From the NCBI GenBank assembly GCA_965225945.1, contig CBDDBZ010000034.1, positions 352,280-416,279 of the forward strand: a stretch of DNA of 64,000 nucleotides, given 5' to 3'. Source of the stretch: Alphaproteobacteria bacterium (GTDB lineage Bacteria > Pseudomonadota > Alphaproteobacteria > GCA-2731375). Position 1 is the first letter of the stretch; the number at the start of each line of letters is the position of its first letter. A program made the position numbers and the translations under genes. The notes under the pieces are model-generated. The model was not told the DNA's origin, did not search any database, and was given only the letters and a program-made list of their open reading frames with translations. Below, in pieces: positions 10,531-19,592 of this stretch.

Positions 10531-11180
10531 AGGAAATTTCCGCTCGCGCGGAAGACGGTATTTCCGTCCGTCTTGCGACTATCTTCGATTGACGCGACCA
10601 CCCCATTTGCCCCGTTCGATCGTTGAGGGTTGCCGGCTCGGAGGCCAGCATGACGGCCTCGACCCGACGGCTGATCTCCAGCCACGTCAAAACCCGTGTT
10701 TTCGTACAGTGTCCCCATCCCGCGCCGCTGATTTCACCGCCGCGTGCACCATGTCCGTGGAGACGAACTCAACTCACGCCCTGAATCTAGGCTGCATACG
10801 CTAATATTTTGTTAACCCTACATTCCCCGGATGAGAACCGGTTCTTGGCATCAGAGTCGCTTTTCGGGCGCTCGAGCGTGGCGAGATGAAGCATCACGCG
10901 ACCAGGAGAAGCCGCTCCAAAGCGGCCGTTCTTGCTGGAGGTTGCAGAACCACAATCGCTTCGCATCCGGTGCAAGACGGTCTGCCATCGCCATGGTTTC
11001 CGGGCTTGGCCGAGAAAGGCCGGCTCGGGTCATGGTCGAGAGCTTGACGAGCGTTCGAGTTTCTGCAAGTATAAGCGGGCGCGGGTCGCCTTTCTGGTAT
11101 TTAATCGACTCACTCGGGAAAATGAAAAATCGATCCCGAGAGGGGTCGTGTTTGTATTCGTTTCAATATAACAGGGGAGG

Positions 11181-12329
11181 ATGAGAGTCAATACTATGAA
11201 ATCCATCAACATTGCTATTGCAGGAGTTGGTAACTGTGCTAGTTCTTTGATTCAAGGCGTTGATTACTACAGAAATGAGACCTTGCAGAAAACCGCCGGG
11301 ATCATGCATCCCGACATCGGTGGCTATGGTCCGTGCGACATCACCTTTGTCGCCGCCTTCGACATCGACCGGCGCAAGGTGGGCCGTCCGTTGGAGGAGG
11401 CCATCTTCGCGCCGCCGAACCGCGCCCTGGTCTTTCAACGCGCCATCACCCCGACCCATGTCGTGGTCCAGAAGGGGCCGGTGCTGGACGGCTTGGCCGA
11501 CCACATGGCGGACTATGGGGACGACGAGGCCTTCCGCCTCTCCGACGCGCCCGAGGTCGAGGTGACCGAGGCGCTGCGGCGCTCCGGCGCCGAGGTCTTG
11601 GTCTGCTATCTTCCCGTCGGCTCCGAGCTGGCGGTCCGTCATTATGCCCGGGCTTGCCTGGAGGCCGGCGTCGCGATGGTCAACTGCGTGCCCGTCTTCA
11701 TCGCATCGGACCCCAACTGGGCCGAGAAATTCCGGGCCGCCGGGCTGCCGATCGTGGGCGACGACATCAAGAGCCAGGTCGGCGCCACGATCGTCCACCG
11801 CAACCTGGCCCGGCTCTTCAACGACCGCGGCTATTCGCTCGATCGCACCTATCAGCTCAATACCGGCGGCAACACCGACTTCCTCAACATGCTGGCCCTG
11901 GATCGGCTGAAGTCGAAGAAGCTGTCGAAGACCAACTCGGTGCAGTCGCAGCTCGACGTGCCGTTGGAAGCGCGGCAGATCCACATCGGCCCCTCCGACT
12001 ACGTGCCCTGGCAAGGCGACAACAAGGTAGCCTTCATTCGCATGGAGGGCCGTGGCTTCGGCGGCGCCGCAATCGAGCTCGAACTGCGCCTCTCGGTGCA
12101 GGATTCGCCGAATAGCGCCGGCGTCGTCATCAATGCCGTCCGCTGCGCCAAGCTGGCGCTGGAACGGGGTCTCGCCGGACCGCTCGAAGCGGCTTGCGCC
12201 TACTACATGAAGACGCCGCCCCGGCAAATGCGGGACGACGAGGCGCGAGAGAGGTGCGAGGTCTTCATCCGGGGCGGAGAGACTGGCGCCGGAGATCTCG
12301 CCACGCTCCGGCGCGCCCCCGCCGGCTAG
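11181..12329 (+). CDS. ino1: myo-inositol-1(3)-phosphate synthase
   Basis: GVGNCASSL, YLPVGSE, GDDIKSQVGAT, YQLNTGGNTDFLNM and DSPNSAG motifs; alternative start at ATG 11196. Confidence 0.95.
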   Translation: MRVNTMKSINIAIAGVGNCASSLIQGVDYYRNETLQKTAGIMHPDIGGYGPCDITFVAAFDIDRRKVGRPLEEAIFAPPNRALVFQRAITPTHVVVQKGPVLDGLADHMADYGDDEAFRLSDAPEVEVTEALRRSGAEVLVCYLPVGSELAVRHYARACLEAGVAMVNCVPVFIASDPNWAEKFRAAGLPIVGDDIKSQVGATIVHRNLARLFNDRGYSLDRTYQLNTGGNTDFLNMLALDRLKSKKLSKTNSVQSQLDVPLEARQIHIGPSDYVPWQGDNKVAFIRMEGRGFGGAAIELELRLSVQDSPNSAGVVINAVRCAKLALERGLAGPLEAACAYYMKTPPRQMRDDEARERCEVFIRGGETGAGDLATLRRAPAG

Positions 12330-12332
12330 ACC

Positions 12333-13205
12333 ATGGCGCCGGCGGCCACGAGCGCTCGAGGCGACCAGGCTGGGGGCAGGCGCTCCCCGCCGGCCGCCGC
12401 CCGCTGGCCCGAGCGCTTGCGTGGGCTTCACGCCGCCGTCGGGCGCGCGGTGGCGTCGATGTCCGGCGTCGATCTCGGGCGGCGAAATGCCAAGGGTGAT
12501 GAGGTCAAGGACTTCGATCTCGCGGCCGAAGGAGCGATCGTCGAATTTCTCGAGTCGGTGGCGGTTCCTCTCGTCCTGGAGACGGAAGAGGGGCCGGGGC
12601 GCACACTCGGCGGCGAGGCGCCCGAATGGCGTCTGATCGCCGATCCCGTCGACGGCTCCGACAATCGGGCGAGAGGACTGCCTTTGAGCGCCTTTTCCTG
12701 CGCCGTGCTTCCCGCCGGCGCGGCGCTCCGGCCCGAGGAGGTCGTGGCCGCCATTGTGGGACCGATGGAGGGTGAAGACGCCTGGGTCGCGACCGCCGGC
12801 GGCGGTGCCTGGCACGGCTCGGCGCGGATCGCGACGTCCGGCGTCGCCGAACTCGGCGAGGCGATGATCTCGGTCGAGTTGAACCATTGTCGTCCCTCGC
12901 CTGCGCTCGGCCGGATCATGGGGCTGGCGCGGGGCGTGCGCAGCTACGGCTGCGCCTCCCGGGCTCTGGCGCTGGTCGCCGTCGGCGCAATCGACGCGCA
13001 CATCGATATACGCCGCCGCCTCACGATCGAAAGCTGGCTCGCCGGCGCTTTTCTGGTTGGGCAAGCCGGCGGCTGCCTCGTCGGTCCCGACGGTGGCCCC
13101 ATCCCGGCGCCGGCAAGCCTGCTAGAGCGACGTTCCTTGATCGCCGCTGCGACGCCGGAGCTCTGCCGTGACATCGTAGCCGAGCTCGCAAGTCATGAAG
13201 ACTGA
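12333..13205 (+). CDS. Inositol monophosphatase / FIG-superfamily phosphatase
   Basis: DLAAE, TEE, DPVDGSDN and RSYGCAS motifs; located between ino1 and the IPCT/DIPPS gene. Confidence 0.85.
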   Translation: MAPAATSARGDQAGGRRSPPAAARWPERLRGLHAAVGRAVASMSGVDLGRRNAKGDEVKDFDLAAEGAIVEFLESVAVPLVLETEEGPGRTLGGEAPEWRLIADPVDGSDNRARGLPLSAFSCAVLPAGAALRPEEVVAAIVGPMEGEDAWVATAGGGAWHGSARIATSGVAELGEAMISVELNHCRPSPALGRIMGLARGVRSYGCASRALALVAVGAIDAHIDIRRRLTIESWLAGAFLVGQAGGCLVGPDGGPIPAPASLLERRSLIAAATPELCRDIVAELASHED

Positions 13206-14559
13206 CGCCCGTGCCGCTCGACCCGAGCTCGCCGTCGTTCTTGCCGCCGGTGCCGGAACCAGGCTTTCGTCACGGACGCCGACGTCGAAGCCGATGACGC
13301 CATTGCTTGGCCTGTCGTTGGCCGAACGTAGCTTGACGACCTTCAGCAACGACCTCGCCATACGGCGTTTTCTCGTCGTTCTGGGACACGACGCGAAGCG
13401 GGTACGCGAGCACTTCGAGCAGATCGCCCGTCGACGAGATCTCGAGGTCGCCTATGTCGAGGCCGCCGAGTGGCGAGCCGGCAATGGCGCGAGCACGCTG
13501 GCTAGCCGTGGGGCTATCTCGGACGACATCTTCTATCTTGCGATGGTCGACCATGTCTTCGATCACGAGATCGGCCGCCGACTTTGCCGAGCGCCGCCCC
13601 CCGTGGGCGCCATCGCCTTGGCCGTGGATCGTGACAAAGGAGGCGTCCACGATTTGGACGACGCCACCCGCGTCCGTCTCGATGGTTTGAGGATCACCGC
13701 GATCGGCAAGCAGCTGGAGAACTGGGACGCGGTCGATACGGGTGTCTTTCTGTGCACTTCAGGTCTTTTCGAAGGGCTCGAGCGGGCCCGTGCCCAGGGC
13801 GCGCACGGGCTGTCCGCCGGCATCACGGAGCTGAGCCGCGCGGGTCGTGCGGACGCCGTCGATGTGACCGGCTGTTCCTGGCTCGACGTGGACACGCCCG
13901 AGGCGCTTGGATTGGCGGAGGCGAGGATGCTGCGCGCCGCGGCAACCAAGCCGAGCGACGGTCCTGTCGCCGGCACCCTCAATCGGCCGGCGTCGCGCTT
14001 TCTGACCCGCTACCTCGTCAGGACCTCACTCACGCCCAACCAGATTTCGTTGCTGTCGATGGTGTTGTCCTGTCTCGCCGCGCTCGCCTTCGCGATGGGC
14101 GGCTATGCGGCCTTGGCCTTAGGTGGCATCGTGGCGCAGATCGCCTCGATCGTCGACGGCTGCGACGGCGAGGTGGCGCGGTTGAAGCGGATGAACAGCG
14201 AATTCGGTGGCTGGTTCGATACGGTTCTCGATCGCTATGGCGATGCCTTCCTTCTCTTCGGCCTGACCTGGCACGTCTATCTTCGCGACGCCAGCCATGC
14301 GGCACTCGCCCTCGGCTTCGCCGCGATCATCGGTTCTTTCATGAACAGCTATACCGCGCAGCGCTATGACGCCCTGATGATGGCCCGGAACGGGGGGGGC
14401 TTTCGGTTTCGTCTCGGACGCGACGTTCGCGTCTTCCTCATCTTCCTCGGTGCGATCGCGAATCTGCCCTTGGCCACGCTGGTGATCGTCGCGGTCGTCA
14501 TGAATCTGGAGGTGATGCGACGAATCTACGTCCTGTCCCGCGAATCGCCCCTGGCCTGA
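13195..14559 (+). CDS. Bifunctional nucleotidyltransferase + CDP-alcohol phosphotransferase (IPCT/DIPPS-like)
   Basis: N-terminal LAAGAGTRL...KP, MVDH, DTGVF and WLDVDTPE; C-terminal membrane domain with TPNQIS and DGCDGEVAR...FGGWFDTVLDRYGD. Confidence 0.9.
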   Translation: MKTDARAARPELAVVLAAGAGTRLSSRTPTSKPMTPLLGLSLAERSLTTFSNDLAIRRFLVVLGHDAKRVREHFEQIARRRDLEVAYVEAAEWRAGNGASTLASRGAISDDIFYLAMVDHVFDHEIGRRLCRAPPPVGAIALAVDRDKGGVHDLDDATRVRLDGLRITAIGKQLENWDAVDTGVFLCTSGLFEGLERARAQGAHGLSAGITELSRAGRADAVDVTGCSWLDVDTPEALGLAEARMLRAAATKPSDGPVAGTLNRPASRFLTRYLVRTSLTPNQISLLSMVLSCLAALAFAMGGYAALALGGIVAQIASIVDGCDGEVARLKRMNSEFGGWFDTVLDRYGDAFLLFGLTWHVYLRDASHAALALGFAAIIGSFMNSYTAQRYDALMMARNGGGFRFRLGRDVRVFLIFLGAIANLPLATLVIVAVVMNLEVMRRIYVLSRESPLA

Positions 14560-14719
14560 AGCGATTCAGGAGTCGGATCGAGCCTCGTCGCTTCCCCAGG
14601 GCTTCCCCAGGCCATTTCCATTCCGAAACAGCGTCCGCGATGAGCGCCCGGAGGCGGGAAGGCAAGTGCCATTCCTCTTCGACCTCCATTGGTGCTACAT
14701 TCGGCGTGAGCGGCTGGCC

Positions 14720-14923
14720 ATGGTCATGACGGGACCAACCGGAGGGAACAGCGCGTTGGCGGACACAGGGCGTAATTTGCAGAGTTTGCTGCTCCGCCTT
14801 CTCTGTCGGCTCGGAATCCACGATTTCAAGACCATCGATATCACGTTCGGATTTGGCGCCGGCGGCAGCGTCGAAACGGTGGAATGCCAGCGCTGCGGCT
14901 TGAAGGCGATTGGGCGTAATTGA
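14720..14923 (+). CDS. Small putative zinc-binding protein (C-x4-H ... C-x2-C)
   Basis: LLCRLGIHDF...VECQRCG; start uncertain (ATG 14720 or TTG 14756 after GGAGGG). Confidence 0.55.
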   Translation: MVMTGPTGGNSALADTGRNLQSLLLRLLCRLGIHDFKTIDITFGFGAGGSVETVECQRCGLKAIGRN

Positions 14924-15007
14924 CTCGGTGGGACGCCGCTCGGCGTGAGCGCTGAAGTTCGGCGTGAGAGCTGAAGTAATGAGTCGCCTTCGGGCCGTCC
15001 CGTTCGC

Positions 15008-15868
15008 TCAAATCGTCGGGCCGGTACCGGCGACGGTGGTGCGGAGCATCCGGCGCTTGTGGCGGGTCTCGTCGAAGCCGATGCCGCGGTGCAGCGCCGC
15101 CCGGTTGTCCCAGAGCACCAGGTCGCCGACCTTCCATTGGTGGCGGTAGGCGAAGCAGGCTTGCGTCGCGTGCGCGATCAGGCCGTCGATCAATTCGCGG
15201 CCTTCGTCCCAGCCCATGCCCTCGATCTCCCGGGTGTGGGCGCCGGCATAGATCGTCTTGCGGCCGGTCTCCTCGTGCACCCGGATCAGCGGGTGGCGGA
15301 CCGGCGGCAGGGCCGCCCGTTCCTCCGACGTCAAGGCGGTCTCGTCGATGTCGCGACGCGACCAGTAGAAATCGTGCACGCCGACCCGCCCCTCAACCAT
15401 TTCCTTGGTCTCCTCGGGGAGTGCGTCGTAAGCCCGGACCATGGTGGCGAACTCGGTATCGCCGCCTTCCTCGGGCACGATGCGCGCATGCAGCAGCGAG
15501 GCCATCGCCGGCACTCGCTTGAAGGAGCTGTCGGAGTGCCAGCGCTGATTGTCCTTGTTGAGCTGCGCCACCGGGTGGTCCGGCGCCATGAACTCACCAT
15601 TTTCGTCGATATTGGTGGCGGCATAGAGCTCCGGCCGGCCCTTCACTTGGAGCGCCGACATGTTGATCAGCTCCAGCTCGCCGATCCGCTGGCTGAAGGC
15701 GACCTGAGAATCGTCGTCGATCTCCTGCTCGGGGAAGACGGCGATGACGTGGTCGAGCCAGGCGCGGCGCACCTCGGCCATGGTCTCGTCGTCGATCGGG
15801 CCGGCGAGATCGAGGCCGGTGATCTCGACGCCGATGGCGGGGGTCAGGGGGCGGGTGGTGATGGTCAT
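15008..15868 (-). CDS. TauD/TfdA family Fe(II)/2-oxoglutarate dioxygenase
   Basis: WHSDSSF (HxD), GGDTEF, HPLIRVHEETGRK and WDNRAALHR. Confidence 0.92.
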   Translation of the reverse strand: MTITTRPLTPAIGVEITGLDLAGPIDDETMAEVRRAWLDHVIAVFPEQEIDDDSQVAFSQRIGELELINMSALQVKGRPELYAATNIDENGEFMAPDHPVAQLNKDNQRWHSDSSFKRVPAMASLLHARIVPEEGGDTEFATMVRAYDALPEETKEMVEGRVGVHDFYWSRRDIDETALTSEERAALPPVRHPLIRVHEETGRKTIYAGAHTREIEGMGWDEGRELIDGLIAHATQACFAYRHQWKVGDLVLWDNRAALHRGIGFDETRHKRRMLRTTVAGTGPTI

Positions 15869-15997
15869 GGCTTCGCTCCGGCGTGAGGTGGCGAATTCTA
15901 ACATGCATTCGGCGGTGGCGTCGAAGGGCGGCGCGAGTTAGCATGGGAGCAATTCGAGGGCGCCCCGGCCGGGCGGGGCGTCGGGGAGGGACGCGAG

Positions 15998-17170
15998 ATG
16001 ATCAGCAGTTTTTCGACGCTCTTCGCCGGTCACGTCGACTTGGGCGACATGGGCCGCGAGGCGACGCCGGCCAACGATCGGCGTTATTCGGGCGAGCATC
16101 TGAACACGATTTACGAGAAGACCGAGGCGATCGCCAAGTGCCTCGACGAGAACGGTTACGATATCTTCTGGCTGGCCGAGCACCACTTCCAACACGAAGG
16201 CTACGAGTGCATTCCCAACCTGTTGATGATGGGCCTGCACTTGACGCACTTGACCGACAACATCCGCATCGGCTGCGGTTTCAACATCACGCCGATGTGG
16301 CACCCCCTGCGCCTGGCGGAGGATTACGCCACCGTCGACATCCTGACCAAGGGCCGGGTGGTCTTCGGCGTCGGCCGGGGCTATCACACCCGTGAGGTGG
16401 AGACGCTGGGCGGCCCGCTGTTGGACGCCGAGGCCAACCGGGAGATCTTCGAGGAGCAGGTGGAGATCCTGTTCAAGGCCTTCGACAACGAGTCCTTTTC
16501 CCACCAGGGCAAGTACTTCACCTTGCCGCCGGAGGTGCCCTATCGCGGCTACGACCTGAAGGAGCTGAGCCTGGTGCCCCGGCCGGTGAACCTGCCCGTC
16601 GAATGCTGGCAGCCGGTGGTCAGCGCCACCGAGCGCGGCCTCGACTTCATGGTCAAGCACGGCATAAAGGGGCTCGTCGGCGGCGGCTCGGCATTGCTGG
16701 CGGAGCGGCCGATCGTCGCCTACCAGGAGGCCTGGAAGCGCGCAGGCGTCGAAAAGAGGCTCGGCGAAGGCCTCGCGCTCGGCGTCTCCTTCCACCTGGC
16801 GCCGACGGCCGAGCAGGCGATGCGCGAGGCCAGACCCTATTTCGAGGAGCATGCGAAGATGTTCGGCCCGCTCGGCTTCATCGGCCCGCTGAGCGACGAG
16901 CAGCTCGCCGCGCTGGCCGGCCGGGAGGGCTGGGTCGAGGCCGGCGTGCCGACGCTCGAGCGCGCGGTCGAGGCCGGTTCGTGGTACTGCGGCCCGCCGC
17001 AAGGCTTCGTCGAATTCCTGCAGGGCCTGGAGGAGCGCTATCCGGGGACCGAGGCGGTCAACGTCAACAACGCCGTGGGCACCCCGCAAGCGGTGATGCT
17101 CGAGCAGTTGGAGTGGTTCGCCCGCGACGTCATGCCCGCCTTCCGCGGTCGTCGCGAAGCCGCCGAATAA
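15998..17170 (+). CDS. LLM class (luciferase-like) flavin-dependent oxidoreductase
   Basis: WLAEHHF, WHPLRLAEDYATVDILTKGRVVFGVGRGY and FARDVMPAF. Confidence 0.92.
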   Translation: MISSFSTLFAGHVDLGDMGREATPANDRRYSGEHLNTIYEKTEAIAKCLDENGYDIFWLAEHHFQHEGYECIPNLLMMGLHLTHLTDNIRIGCGFNITPMWHPLRLAEDYATVDILTKGRVVFGVGRGYHTREVETLGGPLLDAEANREIFEEQVEILFKAFDNESFSHQGKYFTLPPEVPYRGYDLKELSLVPRPVNLPVECWQPVVSATERGLDFMVKHGIKGLVGGGSALLAERPIVAYQEAWKRAGVEKRLGEGLALGVSFHLAPTAEQAMREARPYFEEHAKMFGPLGFIGPLSDEQLAALAGREGWVEAGVPTLERAVEAGSWYCGPPQGFVEFLQGLEERYPGTEAVNVNNAVGTPQAVMLEQLEWFARDVMPAFRGRREAAE

Positions 17171-17303
17171 TCAAACCCGAATAAAGCTACCGAGGCGAAG
17201 CCGAGGGACATTTTCACGATCGACGAAGTCGCCGATGGCGCGCACCTTGCGCTCTTCGCCGACGGGGAAGGGAATCGGTATTGTCGCCCGTGGCTCGGCC
17301 GGC

Positions 17304-17579
17304 TCAGGTGCCCGGCATGACCGGCATTTCCTGCAACGCATCGGGTCGCGCCTGGTCGACCGGCCGGATGCGTTTGACCAAGCCCTTGGCGATGATTTCG
17401 ATCGTGCCGTCGCCATGCTCGAAGGCCACGTAGTTTCGCTGGTCGTTCATCATGTCGATGACGCGCTCGTTCGGATTGAGGAACAAGTGGCCGTTGACCG
17501 CCCCATCCTCGGTGACGATCTCGACGGCGACCCGCCGCTTCGGCTTCTGCTCGCCACCGTAGCCTTGATATATCGCCAT
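17304..17579 (-). CDS. Hypothetical protein, 91 aa
   Basis: Compact beta-rich ORF with host codon bias, divergent from the cob riboswitch. Confidence 0.55.
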   Translation of the reverse strand: MAIYQGYGGEQKPKRRVAVEIVTEDGAVNGHLFLNPNERVIDMMNDQRNYVAFEHGDGTIEIIAKGLVKRIRPVDQARPDALQEMPVMPGT

Positions 17580-17692
17580 CTTTGAACGCCATTAACCCGC
17601 GGGGCCGAATCACGCCAGCGGACGATGCTGCGACCCCATCCACGGCGCGCAAACCATAACACATTCACCGGTCCCGTCTAACGGCTTCGCCC

Positions 17693-17918
17693 GCGGCTGG
17701 TCTCCATGTGACGAACCGTGCTAGCGTCGGCCTCGCCGAGCGTAGGGAAGCCGGTGCGGTCCGCGCGCGCGACTATTATGGACGTCGAGCGGGTCAATTC
17801 CGGCGCTGCCCCCGCAACTGTAGGAAGGAGGGCGCGGCAGAAAGCCACTGGTTCGGGAAGCACGATCCGGGACTGGGAAGGCGCCGCGTCCGACGACTTC
17901 GAGCCAGGAGACCTGCTC
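17693..17918 (+). promoter_or_regulatory. Cobalamin (B12) riboswitch
   Basis: AGGGAA-CCGGTG...AATTCCGG-GCTGCCCCCGCAACTGT...GCCACTG...CTGGGAAGGC...GAGCCAGGAGACCTGC in order, directly upstream of cob genes; boundaries approximate. Confidence 0.93.
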
Positions 17919-17973
17919 GGCGATCGATGGCCGGCCGGCGGCGTGTGCCGCCCGCCACATCCTCGGAGGGAGG

Positions 17974-18561
17974 ATGCGTCCCGTGACCAGTCCGACCCCC
18001 GCGCGAGCGCCGTTGCCGCCGCTGACCCTGGTCTTGGGCGGTGCCGAATCGGGCAAGAGCGTGCACGCCGAACGGCTCGCCGAGGCGCGTGACGGCCCGC
18101 TGCTCTACATCGCCACGGCGGAGCCGCTCGACGAGGAAATGACCGCGCGGGTCGCCCGCCACCGGGCCCGGCGCGGCCCGCGCTGGCGAACCCGCGAAGT
18201 GCCGCTGGCATTGCCCGAGGCGATTCGCGCGGCGGACGCCGAGACGGCCGCCGTCCTGGTCGACTGCTTGACGCTCTGGCTCGCCAACCTGATGGGCGCC
18301 GAACGCGATCCGGCCAGGGAGGCCGAGGCGCTCGCCGCCGCCCTCGCCCGCACGGCCGCGCCGGTGATCCTGGTTTCGAACGAGGTCGGGCTCGGCATCG
18401 TTCCCGAAAACCCGCTCGCCCGGCGGTTTCGCGAGCATGCCGGCCGGCTTAATCGCGCGTTTGCCGCGGCGGCCGACCGGGTCGACTTTCTCGCCGCCGG
18501 CATTCCCCTCGCGCTCAAGTCCCCGGGCGCGGCCCCCTCGATGGAAAGCAACGCAATATGA
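17974..18561 (+). CDS. cobU: Adenosylcobinamide kinase / adenosylcobinamide-phosphate guanylyltransferase (CobU/CobP)
   Basis: LGGAESGKS, YIATA, VLVDCLTLWL and VSNEVGLGIVP. Confidence 0.93.
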   Translation: MRPVTSPTPARAPLPPLTLVLGGAESGKSVHAERLAEARDGPLLYIATAEPLDEEMTARVARHRARRGPRWRTREVPLALPEAIRAADAETAAVLVDCLTLWLANLMGAERDPAREAEALAAALARTAAPVILVSNEVGLGIVPENPLARRFREHAGRLNRAFAAAADRVDFLAAGIPLALKSPGAAPSMESNAI

Positions 18562-19583
18562 GCAAAATTCCCGCCACCGTGATCACCGGCTTCCTGGGCG
18601 CCGGCAAGACCAGCATGATCCGCCGCCTGGCCGAGCAGGCCGACGGCCGCCGGCTCGCCTTCATCATCAACGAATTCGGCGAGATGGGGATCGACGGCGA
18701 CATCCTGCGCGGCTGCGGCCTCGAGCAATGCGACGAGGAGAGCGTGGTGGAACTGGCCAACGGCTGCATCTGTTGCACCGTGGCGGACGATTTCCTGCCG
18801 ACCATCGAGGCCCTGTTGGCCCGGCCCGAGCCGCCGGACCACATCGTCATCGAGACCTCGGGCCTGGCGCTGCCCAAGCCCCTGATCCGAGCCTTCGCCT
18901 GGCCCGAGGTCAGGACCCGGGTGACGGTCGACGGCGTCATCGCCGTGCTGGACGGCCCGGCGGTGGCCGCCGGCCGCTTCGCCGAGGACCCCGAGGCGGT
19001 CGCCCGGGCCCGCGCGGCGGACCCGAACCTGGATCACGAAAGCCCGCTGGTCGAGCTCTACGAGGATCAACTCGCCTGCGCCGACCTGGTGGTGATGAAC
19101 AAGATCGATCTGCTCGATGAGGCGACCCGAGATCGCGTTCTCGGCGAGGTCAGGCGCGAGCTGCGCGAGGGCGTCGGCCTCGTCCGCGCGGTGCACGGCG
19201 CCCTCGACGCCAAGCTGCTGCTCGGCATCGGCGCACGCGCGGAGGACGGCCTCGACGCCCGGCCCTCGCACCACGACGACGAGGCCGAGCACGACCACGA
19301 CGATTTCGAGAGCTTCGTCGTGGCGCTCCCGGAACAGCCCGACCCAGCCGCCCTCGCCGCCCGTCTGGGCACCGTCGCGGCCCGCTTCGGCGTCTTGCGC
19401 CTGAAAGGCTTCGCGGCGATCGCCGCGAAGCCGATGCGCCTCGTCGTGCAAGGCGTCGGCCCCCGGATCCAGCACTATTTCGACCGGCCCTGGGGCGCGG
19501 GCGAGGCGCGCGAGGGGCGCCTGGTTGTTATCGGCGAGAGCGGCCTCGACGCATCTGCGATCAGCGCCGAGATCGTGGGCTAG
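18558..19583 (+). CDS. cobW: Cobalamin biosynthesis GTPase/metallochaperone CobW
   Basis: GFLGAGKT, NEFG, GCICC, IETSGLALPKP and a His/Asp-rich segment. Confidence 0.95.
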   Translation: MSKIPATVITGFLGAGKTSMIRRLAEQADGRRLAFIINEFGEMGIDGDILRGCGLEQCDEESVVELANGCICCTVADDFLPTIEALLARPEPPDHIVIETSGLALPKPLIRAFAWPEVRTRVTVDGVIAVLDGPAVAAGRFAEDPEAVARARAADPNLDHESPLVELYEDQLACADLVVMNKIDLLDEATRDRVLGEVRRELREGVGLVRAVHGALDAKLLLGIGARAEDGLDARPSHHDDEAEHDHDDFESFVVALPEQPDPAALAARLGTVAARFGVLRLKGFAAIAAKPMRLVVQGVGPRIQHYFDRPWGAGEAREGRLVVIGESGLDASAISAEIVG

Positions 19584-19592
19584 GGGCGGCGA

